Assembly: GCA_013265495.1 (NCBI GenBank)
Contig: MU058000.1
Span: 1,550,001-1,614,000 of the forward strand
From: Vicugna vicugna
Lineage: Eukaryota
Length of the DNA: 64,000 nucleotides
Direction: 5' to 3'
Below, piece by piece: positions 12,555-24,929 of the stretch (positions are counted from its first letter, which is position 1; each line of letters starts with the position of its first letter). A program made the translations under genes and the position numbers. A model generated the notes under the pieces. That model searched no databases. It was not told where the DNA came from and worked only from the letters and a program-made list of their open reading frames with translations.

Positions 12555-12830
12555 TGGTGGGTTGTAGTAAATCTGGAGCCAGAAGGCCCAGGTTTTACCA
12601 TCTATTATTATGCATGTGGCCAAGTTACCCCATCTCTTTGTGTTTCATTTTTTGTTGTTGCTTTGTTTGGATTTTTAGCTTGTAGAATAGCAATGGTGAC
12701 AAGATTATAGTGTGGAGGGTCAGAAGATTATCTATTCTAGGGTTGTTATAAGGATTAAATTAGGTAATATTTAAATACATTAAATGATTTGTCTGTGGCC
12801 TGGTACCACGCAGGCATTCCTGCATTAGTG
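12555..12830 (+). mobile_element. MIR SINE
   Basis: tctggagccagaaggcccaggtt...caagttaccccatctctttgtgtttca...agggttgttataaggattaaat. Confidence 0.6.
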
Positions 12831-13127
12831 ATATCACTACGTGTTCTGCAGCCTTCTGCATTTAACCTCTTGGTGTTTATATAAAATCCTTTAAAATAAT
12901 TTAATCTTAAAGTATTCAAAGTTATTTAGTAGAAGGCGAAATTCTAATGGTATTTCATAGCACTTACCTTCTGTTTTCTTAAACTCATTTTGACTATTCA
13001 TCTGCATACTGTGTTTGGCCAGGCTGGGCACTTAATCTTCCATTTTCTCTTCCATAGTTTCTGACACATTTAAAAAAAAAAAAAGGCTCTTTACTATTGT
13101 TAAATTTCTTTTATATTTATACAACTA

Positions 13128-13340
13128 TAGTGTTAGTGTTTTAAGAAGAAGCTATCTGGAGCTAGACCACATGGCATTCATTCTGGACTCCTTTGTTTTC
13201 TTTGACGTTAAACAAATAATGTAAATCTCAGTGCCTCAGTTTATCATCTCTGTGTGTATTTTATATAGTTATGAGGATTAAATTACTCAATATAGACAAG
13301 GTGTTTAGAAAAATGCCTGGTATATGTGGGTTTGTTATTA
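13128..13340 (+). mobile_element. MIR SINE
   Basis: tctcagtgcctcagtttatcatct core; gttatgaggattaaat...ttagaaaaatgcctggtatat tail. Confidence 0.68.
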
Positions 13341-16074
13341 AGTTACAGGACTTTTGTCGTTATGAGCGATGGATCTACCATTTCACAAACATGTTGGGAA
13401 TGAACACGAAGTCACTGCCATGCTACGTTAAAATTAATGTAATTAGTAGATGTAAAGATTTGAAGTATTTTGAAATGTCTTTCTCTCCATTTAAAGACTA
13501 ATTTGAGAAACATACCTGAATGATAATCTTGGGCTACACATTTAGGTCCAAAGCCCTAGGTCTTGGGGTCATTTTGAGAAATGAAGTATTGATACATTGA
13601 TTTTAAGAGAACTGATTTGATAAAAAAAAATCTTTGGACCAATTGTTTTTTCAGATTCCCTTCTTAGCTCTCAGAGTGTGCTCAGATCGTTTGCAGAGCT
13701 GACGGTTTAAGGCGGGCAAGCTCTAAGTTTTTCTGGTTGTTCTTCAATTGACAGAGATGTCCCGTGTTTATTTTCTGTTTCTGACTTTATTTTCCTAGAA
13801 TCTACCATTTTACTAAAGAAAAAAGTAAAGTAATAAAGATCAGTGACGTTGAATTGATTAGCATTAAGTACAGACAGGAAACATGGAAAAATTAGGTAAA
13901 AATCTTCCCTAATTTTACTCACTCACCATTAGTAATTATTCCTGTGATCAAATTATTTTGCTAAATTATGACTTCATTTGCTCCCTTAACTTTTTAGTTG
14001 TTTGATTATCATATGTCTTTGTTTCTCTTTCATCCTCTGCTCTTGGATTAAAATAGTAATCAATTTTGAGGTACCGTTCGACACTGTCTAGTGTAGCCAT
14101 TTTGTTTTAAAATTTAGAAAACTAGTCCGAAGTGATTTTTTGACTAACTCAAAATCACACTTATTGCTAGCTACAGAACTAATGGTACCATTTAGATCTT
14201 CTCAGATCTCTTTTTCCTCTGTTCGCCCATGTTCTCCTCAAGTTCACTGTTTTTAAATTTTTTTTTTATCATTTTGTGTTGTCTTCAATGCTTTGTTGTT
14301 TTTTTTGTTTGTTTGTTTTTCTATCAACCAATCTCTATGACAAAAATGATACCAAATTCAAACTTAGATAGAAAATGCAGTTATGGAAAATTGAGCAAAA
14401 ACAGTGAAAATATAGACATTTTTCTATTTTCATGTTCAAACTTGCATTCGCCATTGACTCATTCCTAGAACTTGTAGGAGGAATGGCTTAAACCCATCAT
14501 TGTCTCAAAACAAGAATTCTTTCTTTAGTTTGGAAATCCCATGAATATGTCTGTTGCTACTTTTATCCATGAAAGATCAATGCAGAAAGGTGAATATTCA
14601 AATGTTCGTTCAATTCATCAGTAAAAATTTCAAGCCATGAGTCTAGTTAACCAAATAAAATTGTATGAATGTATTTTTTAAGAATTGAAAAAGTGAACAT
14701 AATAAGCCAGATGATAGAGTTCCAACAGATACACACACGCAACACAGTGAGCTTTCTGGATGTAGTAATGTTAAATCACAGGCCTATCTTATTACCAGAA
14801 ACCTTAATCTGAGTAAGATATTGAGTTACTTCAGATTGAATATAGAGAATACTTAGGTGGTTTAGTAATTTTAGGAAATATATAATAAAATGATGTATGA
14901 ATTAGCTTACCAGGATAGAAGTGTGAGCTTTCAAATGATCAGTTTTTAGTTTAGGGGAAAAAAAAAGTCACATTTAATTCTGATTTAGATTTAACAAAAG
15001 GACAATTTTGGGGGGACTTACAATTCCCTATTCATATCCCCAGTTCTAATAAAAACATATGATGCAACTATTCTGAAAGCTGGGGGGTCCTTTTTTTCAC
15101 CTAGCTTAGTATTTCCAACCTATTATTTCCAGCAGCACATCTTTATTAGTATTCCCTTGATATAGTGATTTGCATAAAGGATACATATAATCTACATTTA
15201 TTAACTAATTGGCATCAAGGTAATTTTGAACCATTTGGCCTGGGCAATTTTGAAAGAAACCTCTTTGGTTCTTCTGGATAGAGTTTTTCTGGATCTTTAA
15301 CTTGCTTTTTAATGTTAACCATTGTATTGATTTTGTGGGAAATACCATGTTATAAAATCTTAGTTACATAGTGAAACATTTATGGTTACAATTCATAATT
15401 TCTCCATATGACATGGAAATTGTAACAAACCACACAACAGATCACAAATAAAGGCAAGTGTTCAAATTTCAGTGATTCAGTCATTTATATATTCATATTT
15501 TCACATTTAAGGTATTTGAAAGATAGTGATACTAAATTTGTTTTCCCCGTATGTACCCAAGGCTCAACAATGCACAAAACATCTCTGACATTCTGTTCTA
15601 TGAAATAACAGTAATTTTATAACCGTTTCAATCGATTGGTTACCTATTAGACTCACAGAAGCTAAAGAATACTGTATTCTCAGACTGAAAGAATCAGAAA
15701 AGGATTTTAAAGTATAATATAATACATTAGCAGCTCTTGAAAATGATCTCATAGTAGCATTATTCTCCAGATTCTCTGGCCCTCACCGAATCTTAACATT
15801 TCTTAATTTCAATGCAGTCCATTTTAGTGTGTTTTTGTCATCTAATTTTTGTTTTCACATATGCTACACTTCTTTTCCCCAAATTATAAGATGCTTAGAA
15901 GTAGGATCTATGACTTACATAGTAGTTTTTTCCATCCTTCACAGCACTTAGACTAGTGCATGACTGACCTTTAAATTGCTTAATAACTTCTTGAAAATAT
16001 ACTGGTAGCTGGGTAAAAGTTACCTTAGGGATCATGTACTCATTACTCATAAAACATTTGAGTGTTTATTGTAT

Positions 16075-16300
16075 TCAGCGTAGCATTAAGGAATTGGGCT
16101 CTAGAATTACAGATCATGACTCTGTCATCCTTAGTTGCATGAACTCGTACAACTTTCTGAAGGTTTCTGTATTTCCATATCACATGCTCCAAAATGAGCA
16201 TAATTTACCAGCAGGAAAGGTTCCATTATTCATGTAATATATGTGAGGTTCATAGAACAATGGATATGTCTTACATGATAAAATACAATAAACACTACTC
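16075..16300 (+). mobile_element. MIR SINE (degenerate)
   Basis: gtagcattaaggaattgggctctagaattacaga...ctctgtcatccttagttgcatga. Confidence 0.5.
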
Positions 16301-16774
16301 TTCCGTGACCATGATGGTGATAAAGGTGATAATGATGATTCAGGGACTAAGTTGTCCTTCTTTAAAGAAATTTACTGCCTAGAAGTGAGACCAAAGTGGA
16401 GTCAACAGCTGGTGATGCAGTGTCATAAGCTATGGTACAAGACTTTGCAGAATACAGTGGAAGCCTGGAAGATGGGTCCCTATGGTTACCTAGGGAAATC
16501 AGTAAATGTCTCTCCAGTGAGGGCACATTAAAGCAATTCTTTAAAAAAAAAAAAAATTAGCACTCTGGGTGAACAGACTGTTAGTCCTTGTAAAGTTGGG
16601 TCTGAGCATTCACCGGAAAGAACTGTTGATGCCAAGTATCCAAATTTGGGAGAACACGGGACATTCTGAGATCTAATAAATTTAGTATCACAGGAACACA
16701 TTTTGAGAAAGGATGTTTTATGAAATAGAGTGAGGTAGGTGACTGACAAGATGATGATACTAGTGAAAGTAACA

Positions 16775-17025
16775 AAAGACAGTAAGTTATCATCTGTTAA
16801 GTTACTGTTGTTAAGCACTATGCTAAGTATTAGGTGTTCATAAATTGTTTTATTCAATCCTAATAATAATCCAATGAGCGAAGTACTTGATCTCCATCTT
16901 ACAGAAGGGGAAGCTGCTTATTGGACTGAGTGATGTGCTCAAATTCATACAACTTTGTGATAAACAGTGATAAATACATGTTTGAACCCAATTTGTTTGG
17001 GATACAAAACAAGGATTCTCAAACA
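16775..17025 (-). mobile_element. MIR SINE
   Basis: gcactatgctaag...tcaatcctaataataatccaatgag...tccatcttacagaaggggaagctg...tttgaaccca. Confidence 0.65.
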
Positions 17026-17214
17026 GATAAAAAGCCTGTGTTACTCATTGTTAAATTACATAGTAAAAGACTATGGGAGGATTATGATGTACTGTTTCCC
17101 TAAACTTTTTCAATACAAAAGCCTTTTCAATTTTTTTTAATATCTCAGGATTAATAATCCTTAGAAAATACTTTGGGAAATTGAAGTTTCAATAGAATAC
17201 GCTACATACATTTC

Positions 17215-17378
17215 TGTATCAATAGGTCCAATCAGAGGATGGAAGCCACCCCATCTAGTTAAGCAGGGAATTTAATATAAAAAATTAGGTATAATATTAA
17301 CTACTAACTGAGAGGGTAAAATAAGAACACTGAAATACCATGAAGATAACAATTGTGGGAAGCAGTACTACTCCCCTC
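17215..17378. mobile_element. ERVL LTR fragment (LTR41-like)
   Basis: tgtatcaataggtccaatcagagg...cagggaatttaatataaaaaatt...gcagtactactccc resembles a recalled LTR41 terminus; family uncertain. Confidence 0.45.
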
Positions 17379-18540
17379 CAAAAAAATTCTATGCTACTTA
17401 GCTTTTAAGTAAAATGTTTTGCTGAAAATTCTGTTAAAATATCAAGTAAATGTTAGAAGTCATTATTTGGGATCTTGAATTTGAGTCTTTGCTTAGCCTC
17501 TTAGATTAGCATCACATTATGCAATTATAAATCTTGAATATGTAATCATACCAATAAAAATAATAATAAAATATAATTGATGAAACTTGGGGATTTTAGG
17601 GAGCTTGAAGGTAGAAAGAATACTTTGCCTCATTTTTCATAGCAGAGAATCATGAAATACTAAATATAAAACTTGAGTTTAAAAATATAATGTAGCAAGA
17701 AAACCTTGTAATTTTCTTAATCTATTTTTTATAATCTGAAGTATTAATAGTCACCAATTAATATCTATTTTTCTCCAGAAATACTGAGTCCAATGGTTCC
17801 TTCAGTTTCTCTTTAAATTTTTTCTTTCACAAGTGAAATTACATTTAATAATTTTATAATAGCTTGATAAGTGTAATCACAATATTATGCAGTGTTTCCA
17901 GTCAATATTTTTACTTGCATTTTTACATGGAAATGCATCTGGAATAATCTCCAGACGTAAAGGTTTTAAGACATTTATACATTATTGTCATTGGCATGCT
18001 TTTTTCCTTTGTCTTTGAAGATTTTGCTTTGCTTATATAACTTGTATGCTGAATGTGCATAATTTAATACTCAGGACATTTATTTAAAAGACTTTATTTC
18101 CAAGATGGAGATTGGATACCAAAAAAGTCATCTCTATCACCTACTTTGAGACTCCATTTGCTCTTGAGAGTGGGCTTTTTCTGTCCTAGCAGGTCTGTTT
18201 GTCCAACGCCCAGAAAGGGGATCAACCCCCGGACCAGAGGCAGGGAGGTAGACATTAGGAGTCATTTTTATTCATTCTTCTTTTGACTCCAGACCTGAAA
18301 CAAAGCCTTGCGTTGTCAACAATGTCACCTCCCAGTTCTTCCTCAGGACTGTGCCTCTGCATTTGAAGCCTTCCTCCCTGCTCTTGGGGGATTACTAATC
18401 CTGAGTCAGTGCCGAGCTCTCCCACTGAGGGCTGCATTCTGTGAGGAGTTCCCATCTAACACTGACATTAGACTTTATCTCCATCAATTGTTTGCAGGTT
18501 GCTTCAGTGCTAAGATAACTACACACTGGGGACAGCTGAA

Positions 18541-19072
18541 TGTTGCAGTTGTGTCGGTAGTAAGCCCACCAAATGAGGAGGCCCACCAAAGTGTGGGTCC
18601 TTGCAGCTGGCTGTGAAAGAATTCACAGCAGAGACAAAGGGACAGAGTAAAAAGGTGCTTATTGCTCTAAAAAGGAAAGAAAGTGTTCGAGTGGGGAGCC
18701 ATCAGCCGAGATGGCTGGTCAAGACAGCTCCAGCTACGGGTTGGGCAATATGGACTTCTGTTGGAAGCTTCTGCCATCATGTCCTCATTCCAGGAGGAGC
18801 TAATTGCCTTTTTAATTTTTTTTCCATCCTTGTATGGGTTTTTCCAGTTTTCATGGCAGTCGTCAACTGTCATGGCACTGGAGGGTGTGTCAGTTAGCAT
18901 GCTAATAATACATAATAATGTGCGCATAATGAGGCTCAAGATCCACCGGAAGTCAAATCCTCTGCCATCTCGGGTCTTTGTGGCTGCCTCCTGAGACTGA
19001 CTTAAGAGTAATTGGTTTCTATTTTGAGGGAGGGGCTGGGGTATGATCCTGGGGACAACAGCCGTGGTAACA
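18541..19072 (-). mobile_element. ERV1-type (MER4-group-like) solo LTR
   Basis: gggtccttg...gaaagaattcacag, aactgtcatggcactggagggtgtgtcagttagcatgctaat...gcgcataatgag; ends in ggtaaca; left boundary uncertain. Confidence 0.62.
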
Positions 19073-19074
19073 AA

Positions 19075-19385
19075 TGGGAAAGTTGCTCTTTATCAGAATG
19101 CTGGTAATCTGGTGGACTCAGTGTCCCCCTAAAACCATCCCCAAGGATTCTGCTCAGCCATGAAAGCTTTTAAGGGGAAATGGGGACGCAGTCTCAGTTA
19201 ATCACTGAGACAGGTGGTCAGAGTCATTGCCATCCCCCACTGCATGCAGACTTGCTGTGCAGGCTTGTCTTAACTATCCACTGCTTGAGCCTGCTCTTTC
19301 ATGACTCAGGAAGGCCTGGGAGACCAGCTTTTGTATAAACAAAATGAAGGGGTTGAGGGGGGAGCCCATAGGGTCCTACTTGTTA
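19075..19385 (-). mobile_element. Second, truncated ERV1-type LTR abutting the first
   Basis: aaagttgctctttatcagaatgctggtaatctggtggactcagtgtcc...ttttaagggga...cccatagggtcctacttgtt, LTR-like antisense layout. Confidence 0.5.
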
Positions 19386-19969
19386 TTAATTGGAAATAGT
19401 ACACATAGACTTCAAGAAGAAGGGTGGCTTTTGTTTTCATACCTGTTCACATCTATGTTTTCCTCGGATGTGCCTGCCTCATCGTGGTAAAATGATTAGG
19501 CCCACGGTTTCCTAATACTCACCACAAGAAAGATGTCAGTTCCAGGACTTCTGAGGTTTACTCCTTTCTTCCTATCCCCAGCCCATATCTAGAAATATCT
19601 GAGTTTTACAGAGACAGTGACATGATGATTGAAAACAAAACCAGCATGGGTGCTATCCATTATCTCTTTCCTCTGAATCTCTGGGTCACAGTTACACTTG
19701 GGTGTAGTGCGTTACCTGCAAGGCACTAGGGCTTTGGGAGAGAGTAAGAAATTCTCCAATCAGGATTGAGTTCTGTAAACTTGCAGCAATTAAAATTTTC
19801 TGCAGCATTGTTGAGATTACCAGACTGACTCACAACATGACTTCAAAGGCTTTAGGGGCAAAATGGGGATGAACTGACTTAACCACACCTGACTCCTCCC
19901 AGAATTCTATTGAAGGATAGAAATGTCCTTTTTTTCCCTTTAAATAAAATGTCTCCTTTAGCTAAACTG

Positions 19970-20210
19970 AATTAGATGCTAGGGCTACAAGGGATAAACT
20001 ACGTGGACACAAACTTGCCCTCAAGACCCCAATCCATTGGGGCAGACAACCCGAAAATCAAAATCCAGGGAGATAAGAGCAACAATGAGAGGAGTTCAGA
20101 AGCATTGAGAAGAGCATCCTAACAAAGACTGGGGGTCAGGGATTCCTCCCTGGAGCGGTGACATCTCAGCTGAGTCTTAATGCTTCTGTGGGAATGAGCC
20201 CGGTAAAGTC
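19970..20210 (-). mobile_element. L2 LINE 3' region
   Basis: agatgctagggctaca...cttgccctcaag...ggggtcaggga...tccctggagcggtgacatctcagctgagtctt. Confidence 0.6.
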
Positions 20211-21724
20211 TAATGAAATTCTCAGTGAAAGGATTCATGTTATAAACTTCCCAGAAGAATTGTTGAGAATGAAAGTGCTACCTCTTTGTCATTTGGAGCT
20301 TTTCTCCTCCCTGAGGCAATTATAGGAGCAAATTTTCCTGCATAAAAAATGTATCAACAGGGGCTGGTTTGCAACTTGCCTGGACCCTCAGAAAACTGGC
20401 AGCCAAACCTACAGAAAGAAGAACAGGGAAGGAGAGATAACCTGGCCCTGGGCTGTCAGAAGATGTCTGTTTGATCCTTGACCAAAAAAAAAAAAAAAAG
20501 GAGAGAGAGTGCTAAAAGCAAAGTGCAATATCAAAGCATCTGTCCCCTGGAGCCACGGCGATGCCCAGTGAAGCTGCTGGGTTATCAGTGCTGCGAATGA
20601 ATGGTGTCAGCCATGACATTTTCTTGCTGGCAGAGACAGAACACCCCTGAGGAAAAGACATTGATCTTGGTTTTGTTTATTCAACTGGGGGCGATGTCTT
20701 GCCAGGTTTTGATAAATGTGTTTAGAAAATGAAATGGATGTGGTTATAGTGTGGCTTCTGCTTATTGTGATGTCGGTGGTACCCGTCTGAATTTCAGAGC
20801 GGGTCCCGAGTGGTGCATATTTAAAACACAGAACATCAGGTAATAGTCACCGTGGCCAGTGCCTATTAAGATACACCTAGCAATGCCCTTCAAACCTTCT
20901 TCATCCATTAGCCAGGCCACAGGGCATTTGTATAAGATTTTTTAAAAGACACCCTGTTCCCTGTAGTAGCTGGTCGTTGATGTATGAAATTCCTTTAAGT
21001 GAGATAAACTTTTCATTCTGCAAGCTGCAGCTGAGGCTCAGATTGCAAACAGCCCTATGGAGATAAAGCTTTTGATTTTAATATTTTGCTGTGAGTGAGC
21101 TTAATGAAATCTTATCTTCTAAGAGCAAACTTTTAAATGTGTATAGGGACTGGGGGTACTTATGTGTCTGTGTGCATAGAAAGGAAGAAAAAGGAGAGAG
21201 GGGTAAAGAGATTGAGAAACACACCAAGTTGCCACAGTAGAAAGGTGAAGAGGGGTCCACTGGGAGAAAAGACCAAGACCTAATTATGGCTCCAGGATTT
21301 TGGGGTAGGCAGGTGTCTGATGCCATTCTGCATTTAAAATGAGGTAGTATTTAAAAATAATAAGCAAATACATATGAAAATATACAAAAAAAAAACCACT
21401 TACCCTTGAAGTTTCTTGGAGAGAAAGGAAGATTTTGTAGACAGATGAAGCCATTGGCAGTGCATAGACTCAGGGCCACCACCCCACCAACGTAGGAAGC
21501 CTACAAGACCGTCACTTATGGGGACAGTTTTGATGCTAAACTGGAGTCAGTGAAGTTTACAAAAAGGGTGAGGTGAGATCAGACAGGTCCTTCCAAGAGG
21601 AGATAACAAGACGGCAACAAATGCCAAGAAGGGACATGTGGCTCACTTAAAAACGAGACTCCCTGAAGCCTGCCCTGACATCTTTAAGTGGGTGGGCTGC
21701 TGAAGCAGGGAGGTGTCAATGAAA

Positions 21725-21900
21725 ATTCTGTCGGCACTAGACTCAGGCAACCCTGGATTTAAATCTAGGTGCTGCTACTTATTATTTGTGTGACCTTGAA
21801 CCTATTTATCTTTGCAATAGAGGTAATACTATCTAGGTCACAAGATTTGTTGTGACATGTGTGAAGCACTTAGCACAGAAAGAAATGAGTTTTATTATTC
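21725..21900 (+). mobile_element. MIR SINE
   Basis: cctggatttaaatctaggtgctgctacttattatttgtgtgaccttg...tgtgaagcacttagcacag. Confidence 0.65.
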
Positions 21901-22054
21901 TGATGTCACCACCATCATTATTGTCATACAAAGCTCATTAGAAAATGTCCACGCACTTCCAGCAAGGTAGAAGCATTGCAAAAGTACTAACTGATTATTT
22001 TCTTTGAAAAAGTGAGTGTTGAAGCACTCCTCCCCTGGGAGGCAGCAGAAAGAA

Positions 22055-22270
22055 GGCTGTAAAAGCTTGTACTTTTGAGTCAGATGGGCTGGTTCAAGTC
22101 CTGATACCATCACGCTAAATTACTTAACTTTTCTATGCCTTTTTTTTACGTAAAAATGTTTAACAATAGTCCCTACCTCATAGAATGATTGTAAAGATGA
22201 AGTGAGGTGATACTTTGATTCTTGTATCTGGGATAGAACAAGCGCAATAAAGCTTCATTATTAGTACTAC
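22055..22270 (+). mobile_element. MIR SINE
   Basis: ttttgagtcagatgggctggttcaagtcctg...ttacttaac...aatagtccctacctcatag. Confidence 0.68.
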
Positions 22271-22309
22271 TGGGCTCTATGTTCTGTTGCTTCTTAAGAG
22301 TCAACTGCA

Positions 22310-22470
22310 AAAGAATTAAAAGATAAAGGGTCTGATAGCAAGGACTCCTTAGTCAGGAAGATCCTGTCTTCATAGGTGGTTGCTCACCATTTCTAATCTT
22401 CAGTTTCCTGATCTGTAAAATGGACATAGTAACATTTGCTTTTGGGTCTGTGGGGTGAAGGAACGTGTCA
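22310..22470 (+). mobile_element. MIR SINE core
   Basis: cttcagtttcctgatctgtaaaatgg core motif. Confidence 0.55.
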
Positions 22471-23789
22471 GAGTGCAAAGAAGTGAGATAAGTAGGGGAA
22501 GGGAAGGCAACTGATGAGTGGAGGATTATCAACGAGGTGCCACGGTGGGCAGCTCAAGCTCAGTCCCGCTGGAGGCATCCTGGGGCTCTGTGTGAAACGG
22601 ACTCCAGAGCTGGGCGAGGGAGCTGGGACACGTGTACATGCACTCCTGAGAGCCTTAGTTTGAGGGCTGTTCCTGGAGTCATTATTTGTCTGCTCTTACA
22701 GCCTTTCAAGCAGGTGGCAAAGCTGGCTCCAGAGGCCTGAGAAAGCCCTCAGGCAATGAAAGGCAGGTGAAGGTGACTGGAAGCCCAGCACAGTGCACGG
22801 ATGCTAGCAGAGAGGGAATGTGGGCAGGCAGCATCGGCCACGTAGAGTATCCATTCATCTGTTCCCCCAAGATGGCAAACACATAGGGGGTAAATCTGAT
22901 CATACAATGTATTAGTCTATCTGTTTGCAAATGTATTACAAACATTTGTCCAATTTTAAAGGACATATCATTTGTAAACATCTGTTTTTTTTCTGGTGAT
23001 CCATCAGTAAAATGGTGTCTACTTCCCTCACATTAAAGGAAGTGAGAGACAGAAATTTCAGGGTGTTAATTTCAGGATATTTAAGTAAGGCAGTGGATTC
23101 CAGTGTGATACGCACCTATGGTTCTAGGGGGAAAAAGACTTTAAGTGACTTTTCTAATCACTTTATACAATAATTAGGACAGGAGAACTCTCCTCACAAT
23201 TGATCATGTATTTACTTTCTTTCTGTTTCTCAGTGATTTTGAAGACTATTTTCCAAGTCTTTCCAAGAATTTTCCTGATTTCAACTCTTATTAAAGACCA
23301 ACCCTGATCCTTTCCAAAGAGCCCACTGAATTCTGTCCATAAAGTAATGTTATCTGGCTTTTTTTTTTTTAAAGGAGGCATAGAAAACCTCTGTCAGTTG
23401 ATTTTTGTATAGTCTCTCAGTGAAACTCAAATAAACTTGAGTCAGAATGTGAATTTATTATAGTTTTGAATACCACAGTACATAGTTAAAAATTGGAAAA
23501 TTTTATTTTAAAAAATTTAAGCTAAATGAAATACCTATATCCCTTTTCCAAATTCTTTTGTTTCTTGTTTTATTCATTCAGTCATACTTTATATATATGT
23601 GTGTATATATATAAAACCTGGTATTGCTCATATCTAAGAATATAAAATAGTTAATAAATAAAGCAAATGCATTCCAGCAACTAAGTGATTTTTCTTATTT
23701 AGAAATAAAATAGTAGCTGAAATGCCTAATCATATTAAAAATAATTCTTAAACTTTATTATACTTATATAATGAGTACCTACATAATAT

Positions 23790-24217
23790 TGAACGGCGGT
23801 AGAATATGCCACCCCAAATACAGTATTTTAACATAAGGCTTATTTTGAGCTGAAGATACTTGAAAAAGAGCAGATACAAAAAGAACACTGCCATGCCTGG
23901 GTAGGAAGAAAAGAAACTTTCTGTTCACCTGAGATAGAATAAAAGCTGAGAAAATCTGTACAAACAGACCTTGTTAAAATAATTCCTATCTTCCTTTAGC
24001 CTCCCCATGCATTTTAGTTGCTTGTCCACAATTGCCACTTTGTTCAACCTACTACATAGGCATTTAGGCTTTGCTGCTTCCTCTGGTCTCCATTTGCCTG
24101 TGGGGTCTCCTGTGGACATGTAAAACTCTGTATGCTTTTCTCCTGCTAAGCTATCTTACCTCGATTTAATTTTCAGACCTTAAGTGAGCAAAAGGTATAA
24201 TTTTGCCTTCACCTGCA
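23790..24217 (+). mobile_element. MER34/MER39-family ERV1 solo LTR
   Basis: TG...CA termini; agaatatgccaccccaaa...cataagg.ttattttgagctgaag start; TSD atat/atgt (3 of 4 match). Confidence 0.78.
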
Positions 24218-24929
24218 ATGTTCTGTATTCTCCATGGTTGAAAAATAAAATTGTTAATTGATGCAAATGGATTAAAAAGTGAAAACTTGGACTTAGTACA
24301 TATCTCTTAATTTTCAAGTCCACGAAAGCATAGTGCAAGCAATTTAGAATAGATTTACACTTGACAGTTCTTTCAATAATTATCAAAATTACATAAACAT
24401 TATTTTAAGGTGAACAACTCCTTTCACCCATAGGATATGAGGTCTAGGATTACACAAAAGTATTTGTGGTGAGAAATGACACATAGAAATTGATAAATGG
24501 TTTCCTACTATGGACACTATTATATATACATATTTAAGTTATGCTAAAAGATTCTGATTAAGAAAGGGCAAAGTGCACTCAGTATAAGAAGGTGAATTTT
24601 CTGTTATAGAACTATTTTCAAGTATGTGGCTGTCTCATGATAATTGACCCTTGAAGGCACAGTCGTGTTAAGAAAATAAAGGTCTATTATGGCTCCTGGC
24701 AACATTTTCCACTTTCTTAATGGTGGCAAAGCAGTTGGGAGACAATACAAATGTTACATCTGCGCTCATGTTGTTGTGCTTGGAGGGTCACGGATACTTA
24801 ACCACACAGGATGGAGCAGAAGAGGTTCTGTTAGCAAACTAACCAGCTGTAAAAGAATTGAGATTAGAAGTGTATGAAAATCTAGTTGCAAATAAACGGT
24901 CAGATAATTTATATCTTTACTTCCCTTTT

